In this document: positions 28,697 to 38,051 of the stretch, one piece after another
Position numbering within the stretch: position 1 is the first letter of the stretch
How the letters are laid out: each line of letters starts with the position of its first letter
Source of the DNA: a virus
Length of the DNA: 64,000 bases
Direction: 5' to 3' (one strand)
IMG/VR virus record: IMGVR_UViG_3300044675_005311
Coordinates: 1 to 64,000 of that record
Translations under genes and position numbers: made by a program
Notes under the pieces: generated by a model
Told to the model about the DNA's origin: nothing
Databases searched by the model: none
The model's input: only the letters and a program-made list of their open reading frames with translations

Positions 28697-30480
28697 TGGA
28701 CGTAATAGAAGCATTGGGAGGTTGGAGAAATGTCAACCAAGAAAAACTAGAACAAATCAAGGTGGATAACCCACCCTTGTATAATGCCATTACAAAAGCA
28801 ATTAACTTGTTGGCAAAAAAGTATGGGGGCGAAGATATTGTAATTGAAAAACCAATGGAGGTAGTTGAGGAAAAGGCAACTACTATTGAAAGCGAAGTGG
28901 AATCCGATTATGCCTTTCTTAAAAGAATGGAAATATTAAATTTAACCAAAGGAGAATATATTTTTAGGAGTGATATTGTCGACTCTATGATGAGAGAGAT
29001 TAATGTAGATTTTATTTCCGTTAGAGAAAAGTATGAATCATCCGTGCAACAAAAACTTGACGATTTAGATGCGCGGGGTTTAGTATCAGAATTATCACTT
29101 GACATATATAAAATTAGTAATGCGGGTAAAGCATTGATTGATAGTTTTGAATTGAAAAACAAACAACTTGAGGAATTAGGGCCGAGTGACGAAGACCTCA
29201 AATTGGAAATATTGCAACGGATGGCGGATTATTATGATGGTAATGAATTTCAATCATTAAGCCAAGATGATATAATTACAAACGCCGTAAAACACCAATT
29301 TGATATTCCATCAAATAAATATTTTGGTATTGTCGTAAAATTATTACGAGATGGATTTGTTGAAAAAGACCCAAATGGGCCAACGGATTCTATTAGCCTT
29401 ACAATGGAAGGGTATGATAAATCACAAGGTTGGTTTGAAGTAAATCCAAACGAAGAAGAACCAAGTGAAAATTTGGATGTCCCATACTTGCGAATGATTC
29501 AAAAATTGAAAGAGAGAAAAGGTGATTGGGTAACTATTGAAGATATTGTAGCGGAAAAGGGTGTTCCCAATATGCTTACAAGACAAGAATATATCGATGC
29601 TCAAAAGACTATATTGGATGATTTAGAGAAAAGAGATTTGGTAAATAGAGTAGCGAACGAATATATTTTAAGTTATAATGGTCAAAAATTATTAGCCTTA
29701 AACCCCGAAATAGAAACCCCAATAGAAGAACCTGCTCAAGCGCAATTAAGCGATTTACTAATAAGCATTTTAGAAGCGGTGCAAGAAGTGAGTGCAATAA
29801 AACGTGGGGGTGGTTTTGTTTCAATAAAAGAAATTTGGCCATACAATATGGGAATAATGCCTATAAATTATGCGGTTTATCAAATGGATTTGACTACCCC
29901 AAGTTTACAACAAGATTTGGCAATTTTATATTTGGGAGGATATTTGGAACAAACAAATTATGGAGGGACTAATGAACCAAAAAATTATAGGTATCGTTTG
30001 AGCCAAAAAGGTAAGGACTTTTTGAACTTTGTAAATGTTTTGAAAAAAACACAACCAACACCGCCAACAACCACAACCAATTTACGACCATCGCCTACCG
30101 ATAGCGCAACTATGTACCCTACGGGAAGAATTAAAGTCGGTAACGATGCAAATCTATGGAAAGTTACGGAGAACAAGAATGGTGTGAAGCGTTGGGTAAA
30201 GGTTGGTGGTATTCCGAGTGAATTACCCGACCCAACGAATGTAGATTTAGGTACTTACACAATGGACAAAGCGGGTCAAACTTATAGAGTTTCGCTTGTT
30301 AAAGGCAATAAAAAAGAATGGGTAGAAGTTGACTCAATTGCCAACCCTACACCCGTAGAAACACCCATTTCCGAAATTGACGAAGATGAAGTAGATTTGG
30401 ATATTTTAGAACAACAATTAAATGACGACTCTTTGGAGTTTGATTTAACCGACGAAGACTTAGACAATTTAGAATTTTAA
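28696..30480 (+). CDS. protein with about 4 winged-helix-like repeats, RPSP..SAT..GND..W module and acidic tail
   Basis: Four L..RGLV/GFV...Y.(I/L)S..G motifs; RPSPTDSATMYPTGRIKVGNDANLWKVTENKNGVKRWVKV; D/E-rich C-terminus. Confidence 0.7.
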   Translation: MDVIEALGGWRNVNQEKLEQIKVDNPPLYNAITKAINLLAKKYGGEDIVIEKPMEVVEEKATTIESEVESDYAFLKRMEILNLTKGEYIFRSDIVDSMMREINVDFISVREKYESSVQQKLDDLDARGLVSELSLDIYKISNAGKALIDSFELKNKQLEELGPSDEDLKLEILQRMADYYDGNEFQSLSQDDIITNAVKHQFDIPSNKYFGIVVKLLRDGFVEKDPNGPTDSISLTMEGYDKSQGWFEVNPNEEEPSENLDVPYLRMIQKLKERKGDWVTIEDIVAEKGVPNMLTRQEYIDAQKTILDDLEKRDLVNRVANEYILSYNGQKLLALNPEIETPIEEPAQAQLSDLLISILEAVQEVSAIKRGGGFVSIKEIWPYNMGIMPINYAVYQMDLTTPSLQQDLAILYLGGYLEQTNYGGTNEPKNYRYRLSQKGKDFLNFVNVLKKTQPTPPTTTTNLRPSPTDSATMYPTGRIKVGNDANLWKVTENKNGVKRWVKVGGIPSELPDPTNVDLGTYTMDKAGQTYRVSLVKGNKKEWVEVDSIANPTPVETPISEIDEDEVDLDILEQQLNDDSLEFDLTDEDLDNLEF

Positions 30481-30484
30481 ACCG

Positions 30485-33400
30485 ATGAAAGAATCAATAA
30501 AAAAGAAGTTCGACTCTATCGACAAATCAAAAATAAAGGTAGAATCAACAAAAGAATTTTTAGGAAAACTTGAGAAAGGACTCAATAGTAAAACACAAGA
30601 AAATGCTGACAAGGCGGAAGCATTGCTAGACAAATTCATTGCCCAAGCAAAGGCAAAGAACGCGGATATTTTCGTATCTAATAAGCCCGCACCTACACTT
30701 ACACCTACCGCTAAGAAAAAGGCCAACCAAGTCGTTAAAAGCAAATTGGATTCCCTTATGGACACCATTGCTAATGACCCGTTGTTGAAGGACTTTAACA
30801 ACTCGCGTAGGACAAAAGGCGGTGGAAAGAGCGACCCATTGATTGATAGCGAAAGAAAGGCTATTCAAAGTGGCCCTAGGATATCTAAGCAAGGTTGGAA
30901 GAACCAATATGGTAAAAGCACGGGTGGTCGTAAGTACTACGAGTACCGCGAAAACCGCATTGATAGAAAAGCACCAAATTACGGAAGTAGGCCGTGGCTA
31001 AAAGAGGGCGGATTCATTCACCCTAGCGATGCCAATGCCGACAAATACGTCGTGGTTGAAATCAAAGCGGATGGTTCAAGAAGAGAACACAACCATTTCG
31101 GTGATTTGGAAACGGCTAGGATGTTTGCGTCATTGAAGCGTGAGTTTTTACCAAAGGGTAGCCAATTGATGATTGAGGACAAAAACGGAAAGAATTTGTA
31201 TCGTAGTTTCAAGAGTGGTGGCTATATGGCCGATGGTGGAATGATGGCTAAAGGTGGTGTAATTGAGGAGGGTGATGATGTTTTTGTAAAACCCGAAAAA
31301 TTGAATGCGGAAGTAGTTCGTATTACGGGGGAAAATGTTGTAGTAGAATTTTATAATAGAAGACCCGAAGGTGGTGAGAAGAGAGGGAATTATAAAATTA
31401 AAGACCTTAAAAAGATGGCCAATGGTGGTATGATGGCAAAGGGTGGAAAGGCTTATTATTTAAAGCCTCAGGAGAATATTGACAAGTTGTTTGAGCGTCA
31501 GAAAAAACGACTCGCTGATATGAAACGAAATGATGACCAATTGATGTTGTTGCAAGGCATAAATTACTTAAATAAAAAAAATGATGAAGATGAAGAAAAG
31601 TATGTCATTTTGTTTTTTGAGTCTGAAACACCATTTACTCGATTTGATTTAGAGTATCATAGAGAAAAATTAATCAAATTAGGGTATTTAGCAGATATAG
31701 ATGAAACATATTTGGTAACACCGAAAGGTGAAGAGTATTTAAAACAACATAATGAAAAAGAGTTGGCGAGAAAAATGGCCAATGGTGGAATGATGGCCAA
31801 AGGTGGTGTAATTGAGGAGGGTGATGATGTTTTTGTAAAACCCGAAAAATTGAATGCGGAAGTAGTTCGTATTACGGGGGAAAATGTTGTAGTAGAATTT
31901 TACGATAGAAGACCCGAAGGTGGTGAGAAGAGAGGAAATTATAAAATTAAAGACCTAAAGAAATTGGCCAATGGTGGTATGATGGCCGATGGTGGCAAAG
32001 TTAGATGGCAAGATGTTTATGTTGGTGACAACGCATTGGTGATAGCCGAAAACAAGATGGGTATGGTAGTGAAGCCTTATGGCCGTAGATTCCATTTGAA
32101 GTTCCCCGATGGTTCGGAAAAAACCTATTCGGCGGAAGAGTTGGAGTTTTTCAAGGATGAGGAATTTGCCAAAGGTGGTTATACCAACAAACGAAATGTA
32201 CTTAGTTTGGTTGTCAAAAACCCAAATAAGAATGGGATTAAAAAATATTTGTCTATTAATCCAAAAGACTTTTTAGATGGATTGCACGAATATGCCAAAG
32301 GTGGTAAATTAACCGATGATTATACTTACATCAAGCGTAGCGAAGTTGAACACGTCATATATCGCGATAGCAATGGTAAAGAGCAATTAGATTTCAAACC
32401 CAAGAATGGATTTTGGGTAAGCAAAAAGGCACTTGTTGATGCGGGTATGAATGAAACAAAAGCCAAGTTTGATGCTAAAGAGGTTGCCAACGAATTAACT
32501 GCTTTATCCAACAAAGCGTGGGACACTTTATCAATTCAAAGCGGAAGTGAAATTTATGCCTCCGACGATTTGCAAGAGAATTTAGCCGATGAATATCGAA
32601 AAGTAGGTATTGATAAAATTTACGGACAACTTACCCAACCCGAACGCAAAAAAGTAAGCGCGGTACTTACCGATGAGAACGAGCATAGTTTGAGAAACTA
32701 CCTTGCGTTACGCGGTTATAATGGCGAAGCGGAATTTAAGAATTATGCAAAAATGTACGACGAGTCATTTGCAAAATTTGGATATAGGTCAAATTGGAAT
32801 CCCAAAAATGTAGATTTAAAACTTGGGTCATTTGCCAAAGGTGGTATGATGACCGATGATGAAGGAAATTCAATTAATTTAAAAGTTGGAGATAAAGTTG
32901 TTGAATACAAAAGACCAAGTTCGGATAAACCGAAAAAACAATATGGTGGTCAAGGTGAGATAATTTCAATTAATGGCGCAATGGCTAAAGTATTTTTTGA
33001 TTCAACGAACTATGAAAAATTTTATCCTTTGAAAGACCTTAAAAAGATGGCTAATGGTGGAATGATGGCCAAAGGCGGGACTATTGCCGATGGAGAAAAA
33101 CTACCCGAAGATATGGGTAGGTACTTTATCAAGACTAGCAAGACCAAAGTGGTGAATATGTCCGATTTGATTCCGTTGCGCAAACGTGCTACGGGTATCG
33201 CTAATGCCGAGAAAAATATGAAGATGGCTTACGATGGAGAAATGGATAAGCGTAAGCCTATCACTATCTACAAGAGCCAACGCAAGTATCGCATAATGGA
33301 TGGTAACTCTACCTATGCGGTTGCAAAAGCAAACGGATGGGAAACCATTTGGGCCGAGATTGTCAAGAACCCCAATATGAAAAACGGACTTAAACGCACC

Positions 33401-33487
33401 GATGATATTTTTTCAAGAGCAAAATCAATTCGTAAAGAAGGAGAGGCTTGGAAAGATGCGTTACAACGTGCAAAAGCAATGAAATAA
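30485..33487 (+). CDS. 1000-aa modular polyprotein (SH3/KOW-like, ParB-like and other modules) punctuated by MA(K/N/D)GG linkers
   Basis: About 15 hydrophobic-x-x-GG motifs; GD.V...G.V modules; RKPITI...YRIMDGNSTY ParB-like module. Confidence 0.8.
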   Translation: MKESIKKKFDSIDKSKIKVESTKEFLGKLEKGLNSKTQENADKAEALLDKFIAQAKAKNADIFVSNKPAPTLTPTAKKKANQVVKSKLDSLMDTIANDPLLKDFNNSRRTKGGGKSDPLIDSERKAIQSGPRISKQGWKNQYGKSTGGRKYYEYRENRIDRKAPNYGSRPWLKEGGFIHPSDANADKYVVVEIKADGSRREHNHFGDLETARMFASLKREFLPKGSQLMIEDKNGKNLYRSFKSGGYMADGGMMAKGGVIEEGDDVFVKPEKLNAEVVRITGENVVVEFYNRRPEGGEKRGNYKIKDLKKMANGGMMAKGGKAYYLKPQENIDKLFERQKKRLADMKRNDDQLMLLQGINYLNKKNDEDEEKYVILFFESETPFTRFDLEYHREKLIKLGYLADIDETYLVTPKGEEYLKQHNEKELARKMANGGMMAKGGVIEEGDDVFVKPEKLNAEVVRITGENVVVEFYDRRPEGGEKRGNYKIKDLKKLANGGMMADGGKVRWQDVYVGDNALVIAENKMGMVVKPYGRRFHLKFPDGSEKTYSAEELEFFKDEEFAKGGYTNKRNVLSLVVKNPNKNGIKKYLSINPKDFLDGLHEYAKGGKLTDDYTYIKRSEVEHVIYRDSNGKEQLDFKPKNGFWVSKKALVDAGMNETKAKFDAKEVANELTALSNKAWDTLSIQSGSEIYASDDLQENLADEYRKVGIDKIYGQLTQPERKKVSAVLTDENEHSLRNYLALRGYNGEAEFKNYAKMYDESFAKFGYRSNWNPKNVDLKLGSFAKGGMMTDDEGNSINLKVGDKVVEYKRPSSDKPKKQYGGQGEIISINGAMAKVFFDSTNYEKFYPLKDLKKMANGGMMAKGGTIADGEKLPEDMGRYFIKTSKTKVVNMSDLIPLRKRATGIANAEKNMKMAYDGEMDKRKPITIYKSQRKYRIMDGNSTYAVAKANGWETIWAEIVKNPNMKNGLKRTDDIFSRAKSIRKEGEAWKDALQRAKAMK
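31226..31986 (+). repeat. Near-identical 212-bp direct repeat (31226-31437, 31775-31986) within the polyprotein gene
   Basis: Offset 549 bp; both copies encode MAxGGMMAKGGVIEEGDDVFVKPEKLNAEVVRITGENVVVEFY.RRPEGGEKRGNYKIKDLKK.ANGGMMA. Confidence 0.95.
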
Positions 33488-34602
33488 TGAAACTATTTAC
33501 TAAAGCCGACCAAACACTACTACAAAGCCAATGGGGTTTCGGAAGTGACCTTAAATCCCAAATGGTGTTTGTTAAAATATTCGAGCCTATGCGTAGGGTG
33601 TTTTACTATGTAGTGAACCAAGACCCGAACGACCCCGAAAAGATATTCGCGCTAGAAAAAAGCAATAAGGATGTCAAGTTGGGTTTCTTTCGCAAGAGTG
33701 CTATCGAGAATGCCAAATTACCGCCTTACGGATTGCGATTTGAACGCGATATGTATTTCAAGCCCGTTTCCGCCCAAGAGTTGTTGGACGGCTTGATAGA
33801 GGGTAAGTATTACGCTAAGGGCGGTGAAATCGTTGTGGACATAAACGAAAAGGTGTACGACAAAGGAAATTACAAAGCAATATTCGGTGACTTCGATAAG
33901 GATGGTGTTCCTAACGTAGATGACCCAAACCCGTATAGAAGCGGGGATGAAAAGTCAATCGAGCAAGTTAGGTTTAGCAAAGTTTTCGCCAAGGTGTTAG
34001 ACACCAAGATGCAAATGGATAGGCCAATGTATGACATTGTTGAAAAACTAAAAACAATAGCGCCCAAGGGTTCTAAAATTATCGCTAGGACAAAAACACC
34101 TTTTAGCATATTGAATAAGTTGGTCAACAAAAAAATGAATAACATCGAGCCTAGTATAGCGGGTGACGTGGATGGTTTGACCGACCTAGTGGGAACTACA
34201 ATCCTAGTAAGCAATTTCCGTTCACTTGACTCTTTGAAGAACAAAATTCTCAAAGGCGCAATAGGGCAAATATTGGAGTTCAAAGATTATTACGCACATC
34301 CAAAAGCGGGGTATATGGCTTACCACTTTATTACTCTTTTCGAGGGCGTGGCGATAGAAGTTCAAATTAAGACCAAGCGTATGAAACTTTTGAACCAAGC
34401 GTCACACTTTGCCTACAAGGAAGAAACATTGGATGCAAAGAAGTTGTTGTACTACTCTCAAGTGATGGATAGAGCCGATAAAGGTGATAGAGAAGCCATT
34501 CAAGAAGCGAACGATATATTAAGGGATAGGGACAAACTTGCGTATGATTTTTTCATAAACAAGGCGGAGTATAACCCAAAGAAGCATATTTTTGAAGATT
34601 AA
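33487..34602 (+). CDS. DUF2958-like domain + YAKGG linker + RelA/SpoT-type nucleotidyltransferase (small alarmone synthetase-like)
   Basis: KLGFF...GLRFERDMYF; RTKTPFSILNK, TDLVG, KDYYAHPKAGYMAYH, EVQIKT; ATG 33487 via TAATG. Confidence 0.8.
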   Translation: MKLFTKADQTLLQSQWGFGSDLKSQMVFVKIFEPMRRVFYYVVNQDPNDPEKIFALEKSNKDVKLGFFRKSAIENAKLPPYGLRFERDMYFKPVSAQELLDGLIEGKYYAKGGEIVVDINEKVYDKGNYKAIFGDFDKDGVPNVDDPNPYRSGDEKSIEQVRFSKVFAKVLDTKMQMDRPMYDIVEKLKTIAPKGSKIIARTKTPFSILNKLVNKKMNNIEPSIAGDVDGLTDLVGTTILVSNFRSLDSLKNKILKGAIGQILEFKDYYAHPKAGYMAYHFITLFEGVAIEVQIKTKRMKLLNQASHFAYKEETLDAKKLLYYSQVMDRADKGDREAIQEANDILRDRDKLAYDFFINKAEYNPKKHIFED

Positions 34603-34619
34603 TTATAAAAAAAGACAAT

Positions 34620-35054
34620 ATGAAACGGATTAACGAAACATTGGCTAAAATCGGGTGTGGCATCACCGATTTGCCCGAACAAATTCAAGAGCGCATCACT
34701 TCAATTGAAAAATTGAAAGTGCAAATTGACGAAGCACAAAAAGAGTATGACGAAAACCCAACCGAAGAGGTGAAAGCCAAATTGGATGATGTTTCCGATT
34801 ACTACGAAGATTACATTCTAGAAACGTGCGAAACCATTGAAGAGTGGAACGAATGGATGATTACTAAAAAGGAAGAAGCCAAAGCGAAAGCAAAAGCCGA
34901 TGCCGAGCGTAAACAAGCACCCGCACCCGCACCCGTGGTTACCCCCGTCCCCGAACCCGTTAAGAAAAAAGGAATCGGATTGGGTGGAATCATTATTGGA
35001 GTAGCGGTACTTGCCATCACCTTGGGGGCGGTAAATGTAATGAAAGATAAATAA
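34620..35054 (+). CDS. coiled-coil protein with C-terminal TM (putative virion membrane protein)
   Basis: Pro-rich linker then GIGLGGIIIGVAVLAITLGAV. Confidence 0.7.
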   Translation: MKRINETLAKIGCGITDLPEQIQERITSIEKLKVQIDEAQKEYDENPTEEVKAKLDDVSDYYEDYILETCETIEEWNEWMITKKEEAKAKAKADAERKQAPAPAPVVTPVPEPVKKKGIGLGGIIIGVAVLAITLGAVNVMKDK

Positions 35055-35260
35055 TGGAAGTAACGGCTAATCAAGTATATCACATTTTTGACCCGCAACC
35101 TATAAGGTTGTTGGATGTGGTATTTGTTGGCCCACTTATGATTTATGCGGGTGTGGAAGGAAACTTTCACCCCACAATAAAATTATCACTTATTGTCGTT
35201 GGATTTGCAACAATATATTACAACGGAGTCAATTATCACAAGAACTACAATGGCATATAG
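35054..35260 (+). CDS. small 2-TM membrane protein
   Basis: IRLLDVVFVGPLMIYAG...GFATIYYNGVNY. Confidence 0.7.
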   Translation: MEVTANQVYHIFDPQPIRLLDVVFVGPLMIYAGVEGNFHPTIKLSLIVVGFATIYYNGVNYHKNYNGI

Positions 35261-35543
35261 GATAACAAATTATACAAAGGCTCAAGCCAAGAAACTCGGA
35301 GTTAGTGTTCGAGCATCGTCGGTTAAAGGCAAGAAAATAGATGTTGTCAAGGACGGCAAAAAAGTAGCATCCGTTGGTGCAATTGGGTACAACGACTTTC
35401 CAACTTTTAAGCGATTAGAAGAAAGAGGTCAAGTACCCAAAGGAACGGCGGATAAGCGAAGAGCATTGTATAAAAATAGACACGACAAAGACCGAAAAAA
35501 GGTTGGTAGTCGTGGTTATTATGCTGACAAATTGCTTTGGTAA
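35250..35543 (+). CDS. basic DUF5754-like protein
   Basis: KKIDV...VGAIGYNDFPTF...RRALYKNRH...GYYADKLLW; ATG 35250. Confidence 0.65.
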   Translation: MAYRITNYTKAQAKKLGVSVRASSVKGKKIDVVKDGKKVASVGAIGYNDFPTFKRLEERGQVPKGTADKRRALYKNRHDKDRKKVGSRGYYADKLLW

Positions 35544-35555
35544 ACAAACAAGAAT

Positions 35556-36134
35556 ATGAATTTTAGCAACGATAAAATTGGAAAAGCCGTCAAGTTAAAA
35601 GGGTATGCCTTTTTCGAGGACGGAGAATTTAATGTTAACATCGTCGGTGTACGCAATAGCGCAACGGGTAAAAGAGTGACTAACGCATTCGACGATTGGA
35701 TGACTTTGAGTTACAAAAAAGACGGAGTATGGAAATACCACGAGTGGCCTTGTACGACGGACAATGGCGCGGGTACGGCCCGTGTTGTAGAAGGTCAATA
35801 TCGCGGTTCTCATATCATTCGTAAACATCAAGGAAAGTACGACGCGGTGTGCCAAGATAGGCCCATCAAAGTTTATCGCGACTATGTAGCGGACGGAGTC
35901 TATGATGAATCAAAAATTCAAGAGGGTGTATTCGGTATCAACATTCACAAAGCGGGTGCGGATAGCATTCAAGTAAATGATTGGTCACACGGATGCCAAG
36001 TGTTCAAGCGTGAAAAGGACTTTAACGAGTTCTTGGAAATTTGCAAAAAAGCGATGGCAATTCACGGAAACCGATTTACCTATACTTTGATTAATAGCAA
36101 TGACATCGCTATCGCCAACCCACCTATGGTATGA
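35556..36134 (+). CDS. putative peptidoglycan hydrolase, L,D-transpeptidase (YkuD)-like fold
   Basis: NIVGVRN, FDD, GINIHKAG...WSHGCQVF (H...S.GC). Confidence 0.7.
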   Translation: MNFSNDKIGKAVKLKGYAFFEDGEFNVNIVGVRNSATGKRVTNAFDDWMTLSYKKDGVWKYHEWPCTTDNGAGTARVVEGQYRGSHIIRKHQGKYDAVCQDRPIKVYRDYVADGVYDESKIQEGVFGINIHKAGADSIQVNDWSHGCQVFKREKDFNEFLEICKKAMAIHGNRFTYTLINSNDIAIANPPMV

Positions 36135-36283
36135 CCACAAATCAAAAAACCATAGCACTTGTATCGTTCGTCATTTTGGTGGCGGGTGGTTTTGCATATT
36201 TTTATTTTCGTAAAGTATCAGTTCCATTGGAGGGCGTGGATAAAAAGGACATTGAGGAATTAAAACAAATTAGAATGGTATGA
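36131..36283 (+). CDS. 50-aa single-pass membrane protein (not in ORF track)
   Basis: MTTNQKTIALVSFVILVAGGFAYFYFRK...; ATGA overlaps on both sides. Confidence 0.7.
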   Translation: MTTNQKTIALVSFVILVAGGFAYFYFRKVSVPLEGVDKKDIEELKQIRMV

Positions 36284-37038
36284 GTTACGACATAAAAATT
36301 CCCGCAATTAATAAAGAACATAAAGTTCCTAGCAATCAGCCCTCGTGGAAAGACCAAGCCATTTCCATAGTGAAAAAATACAAAGGTTTGTATGGTAAGC
36401 AATTTCAAGATGCTAGTAACTTAACGGGTATTCCCGTGTGGATGTTAGTAGGATTTGCTAGTGTTGAAGGTATGGGTGCAAAGAATGAAACTTTGACAAA
36501 CGCAACGCCATCAATTATGCAAATGAATCCACGAACCGCGTGGCAAACAATGAAAGACCAACTTGCTAAAACAAGCGTTACGATTGGAGATTTTTATCCT
36601 TTGTATTCCTTGTTACCTACTATTTTTGTGGTTAAAAGAGCAATACCAAAGAATTTTTGGGATAGTTCTAATATTAATGTTCGTCAAAATTCGGCTCAAA
36701 GTTATCTAGATATAAAGCCCGAAGAAACATCAATTGCATTGATAAGGGCTAAAATGTTGAGCGATGTGTATTTTGCAATCTTATTAGGTGGAACGCACTT
36801 AGCGCAGTTGGGCGCAAAAACAATTAAAGAATCGGGTAAGTTTAGATTAGACCATATCATCATTCAATATAATGCGGGTACGGGTAGATTTAAAAGTGCG
36901 GTGACGAATAGGAATTTAATTAACGCAGATACTACAAGCCTAGTCAATCAATTAGGTATTCCCGTTAGTGAAGCCTACATTATCAAACTAATGGGTACAA
37001 ATGGCTTTCTAGACGTACAAAAAAAACAATTAGCATAA
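36280..37038 (+). CDS. lysozyme-like/lytic transglycosylase domain protein
   Basis: ASNLTGIPVWMLVGFASVE (catalytic E position), IMQM, YNAG. Confidence 0.65.
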   Translation: MSYDIKIPAINKEHKVPSNQPSWKDQAISIVKKYKGLYGKQFQDASNLTGIPVWMLVGFASVEGMGAKNETLTNATPSIMQMNPRTAWQTMKDQLAKTSVTIGDFYPLYSLLPTIFVVKRAIPKNFWDSSNINVRQNSAQSYLDIKPEETSIALIRAKMLSDVYFAILLGGTHLAQLGAKTIKESGKFRLDHIIIQYNAGTGRFKSAVTNRNLINADTTSLVNQLGIPVSEAYIIKLMGTNGFLDVQKKQLA

Positions 37039-37039
37039 T

Positions 37040-37324
37040 ATGACCGCCGTAAAAAAACCATCAACAAATCCACTGCCAATTTCGTTTGAACAATTCCGCA
37101 AGAACCCCGTAGCGGGCGTGGCGTTTCTCGCATTAGTGGGCGTATCTTATTTGTACTATGATGTAAAATCAAGTTATACGGAACAACTTGAAAATAGCAA
37201 CAAAAAAATAGATGCGTTGGATTTGAAAATTGACAAATTAGGGTATGCTTTGAAAAAGTCGGATTCCGCCCTTTCAAGTGCAATTACCGAACTTCGTATC
37301 ATTAACACAATGAAAAAATTATGA
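37040..37324 (+). CDS. TM plus coiled-coil protein (lysis-associated?)
   Basis: FEQFRKNPVAGVAFLALVGVSYLYYD then coiled coil. Confidence 0.65.
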   Translation: MTAVKKPSTNPLPISFEQFRKNPVAGVAFLALVGVSYLYYDVKSSYTEQLENSNKKIDALDLKIDKLGYALKKSDSALSSAITELRIINTMKKL

Positions 37325-37743
37325 AACACATTCTATTAGTATTCGTTACAATATTGTTGTGTATTGAAATATTTACCCCGTTGCGCGCGGTAAATCAACC
37401 GCCCGTGGATGAAATTGAAACAATGCTTAAAAAAGTAGAGGGTAACTTGAAAATGGCTTCCGCCGTAACATCAGTGGCTAAAGCACAAGGAGAGGCACTT
37501 GTAGAAAGTAAAATTGAAGAGAAAAAAGAACTACAAGAAACTTTAGCGAAAGCCACCGATGAGTTGAAAGTCGCCACCGAAAAGGTAGAGGTATTTTCAA
37601 CCCGTATGGCGGAGGTTGGCTTAGATACATCAACAACAAGTGATGTGGCTAGGTTAAGTGGCCCACTATATGAAGAATGGTTAGCATACAAAAAGAACGG
37701 CGGAGAGTCGGATTTTGAGTACTATCGCCTATATAAAAAGTAA
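37321..37743 (+). CDS. signal/TM plus coiled-coil protein
   Basis: N-terminal hydrophobic helix; ATGA overlap. Confidence 0.65.
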   Translation: MKHILLVFVTILLCIEIFTPLRAVNQPPVDEIETMLKKVEGNLKMASAVTSVAKAQGEALVESKIEEKKELQETLAKATDELKVATEKVEVFSTRMAEVGLDTSTTSDVARLSGPLYEEWLAYKKNGGESDFEYYRLYKK

Positions 37744-37759
37744 TTGTATATTTGTAATT

Positions 37760-38041
37760 ATGACTACTAATCAAAAAATATTAATGTACACGGGAATTAC
37801 CGCCGTCGTGCTATTCGTCGGATATAAATTATTGAAGAAACCCAACGCAAATGTTGTGGACGATAGACCCCGCAAACCCGATGGAACGCTTGTAGAAGAA
37901 ATTCCGCAATCTTTGATTGACCAAGGTTTAGCGAAGGCTAACGAGAGGTTGCAAACGAAAAAGGCAAAGTACGAAGCCTTATGGAAAAAGTCGGGTAGCA
38001 AACTTTCTTTCAAAGAGTGGTATATCGAAAACGCGGATTAA
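37760..38041 (+). CDS. single-pass membrane protein
   Basis: TATATTTG at 37747, ATG 37760; MTTNQKILMYTGITAVVLFVGYKLLKK. Confidence 0.7.
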   Translation: MTTNQKILMYTGITAVVLFVGYKLLKKPNANVVDDRPRKPDGTLVEEIPQSLIDQGLAKANERLQTKKAKYEALWKKSGSKLSFKEWYIENAD

Positions 38042-38051
38042 AAAAAGAACT

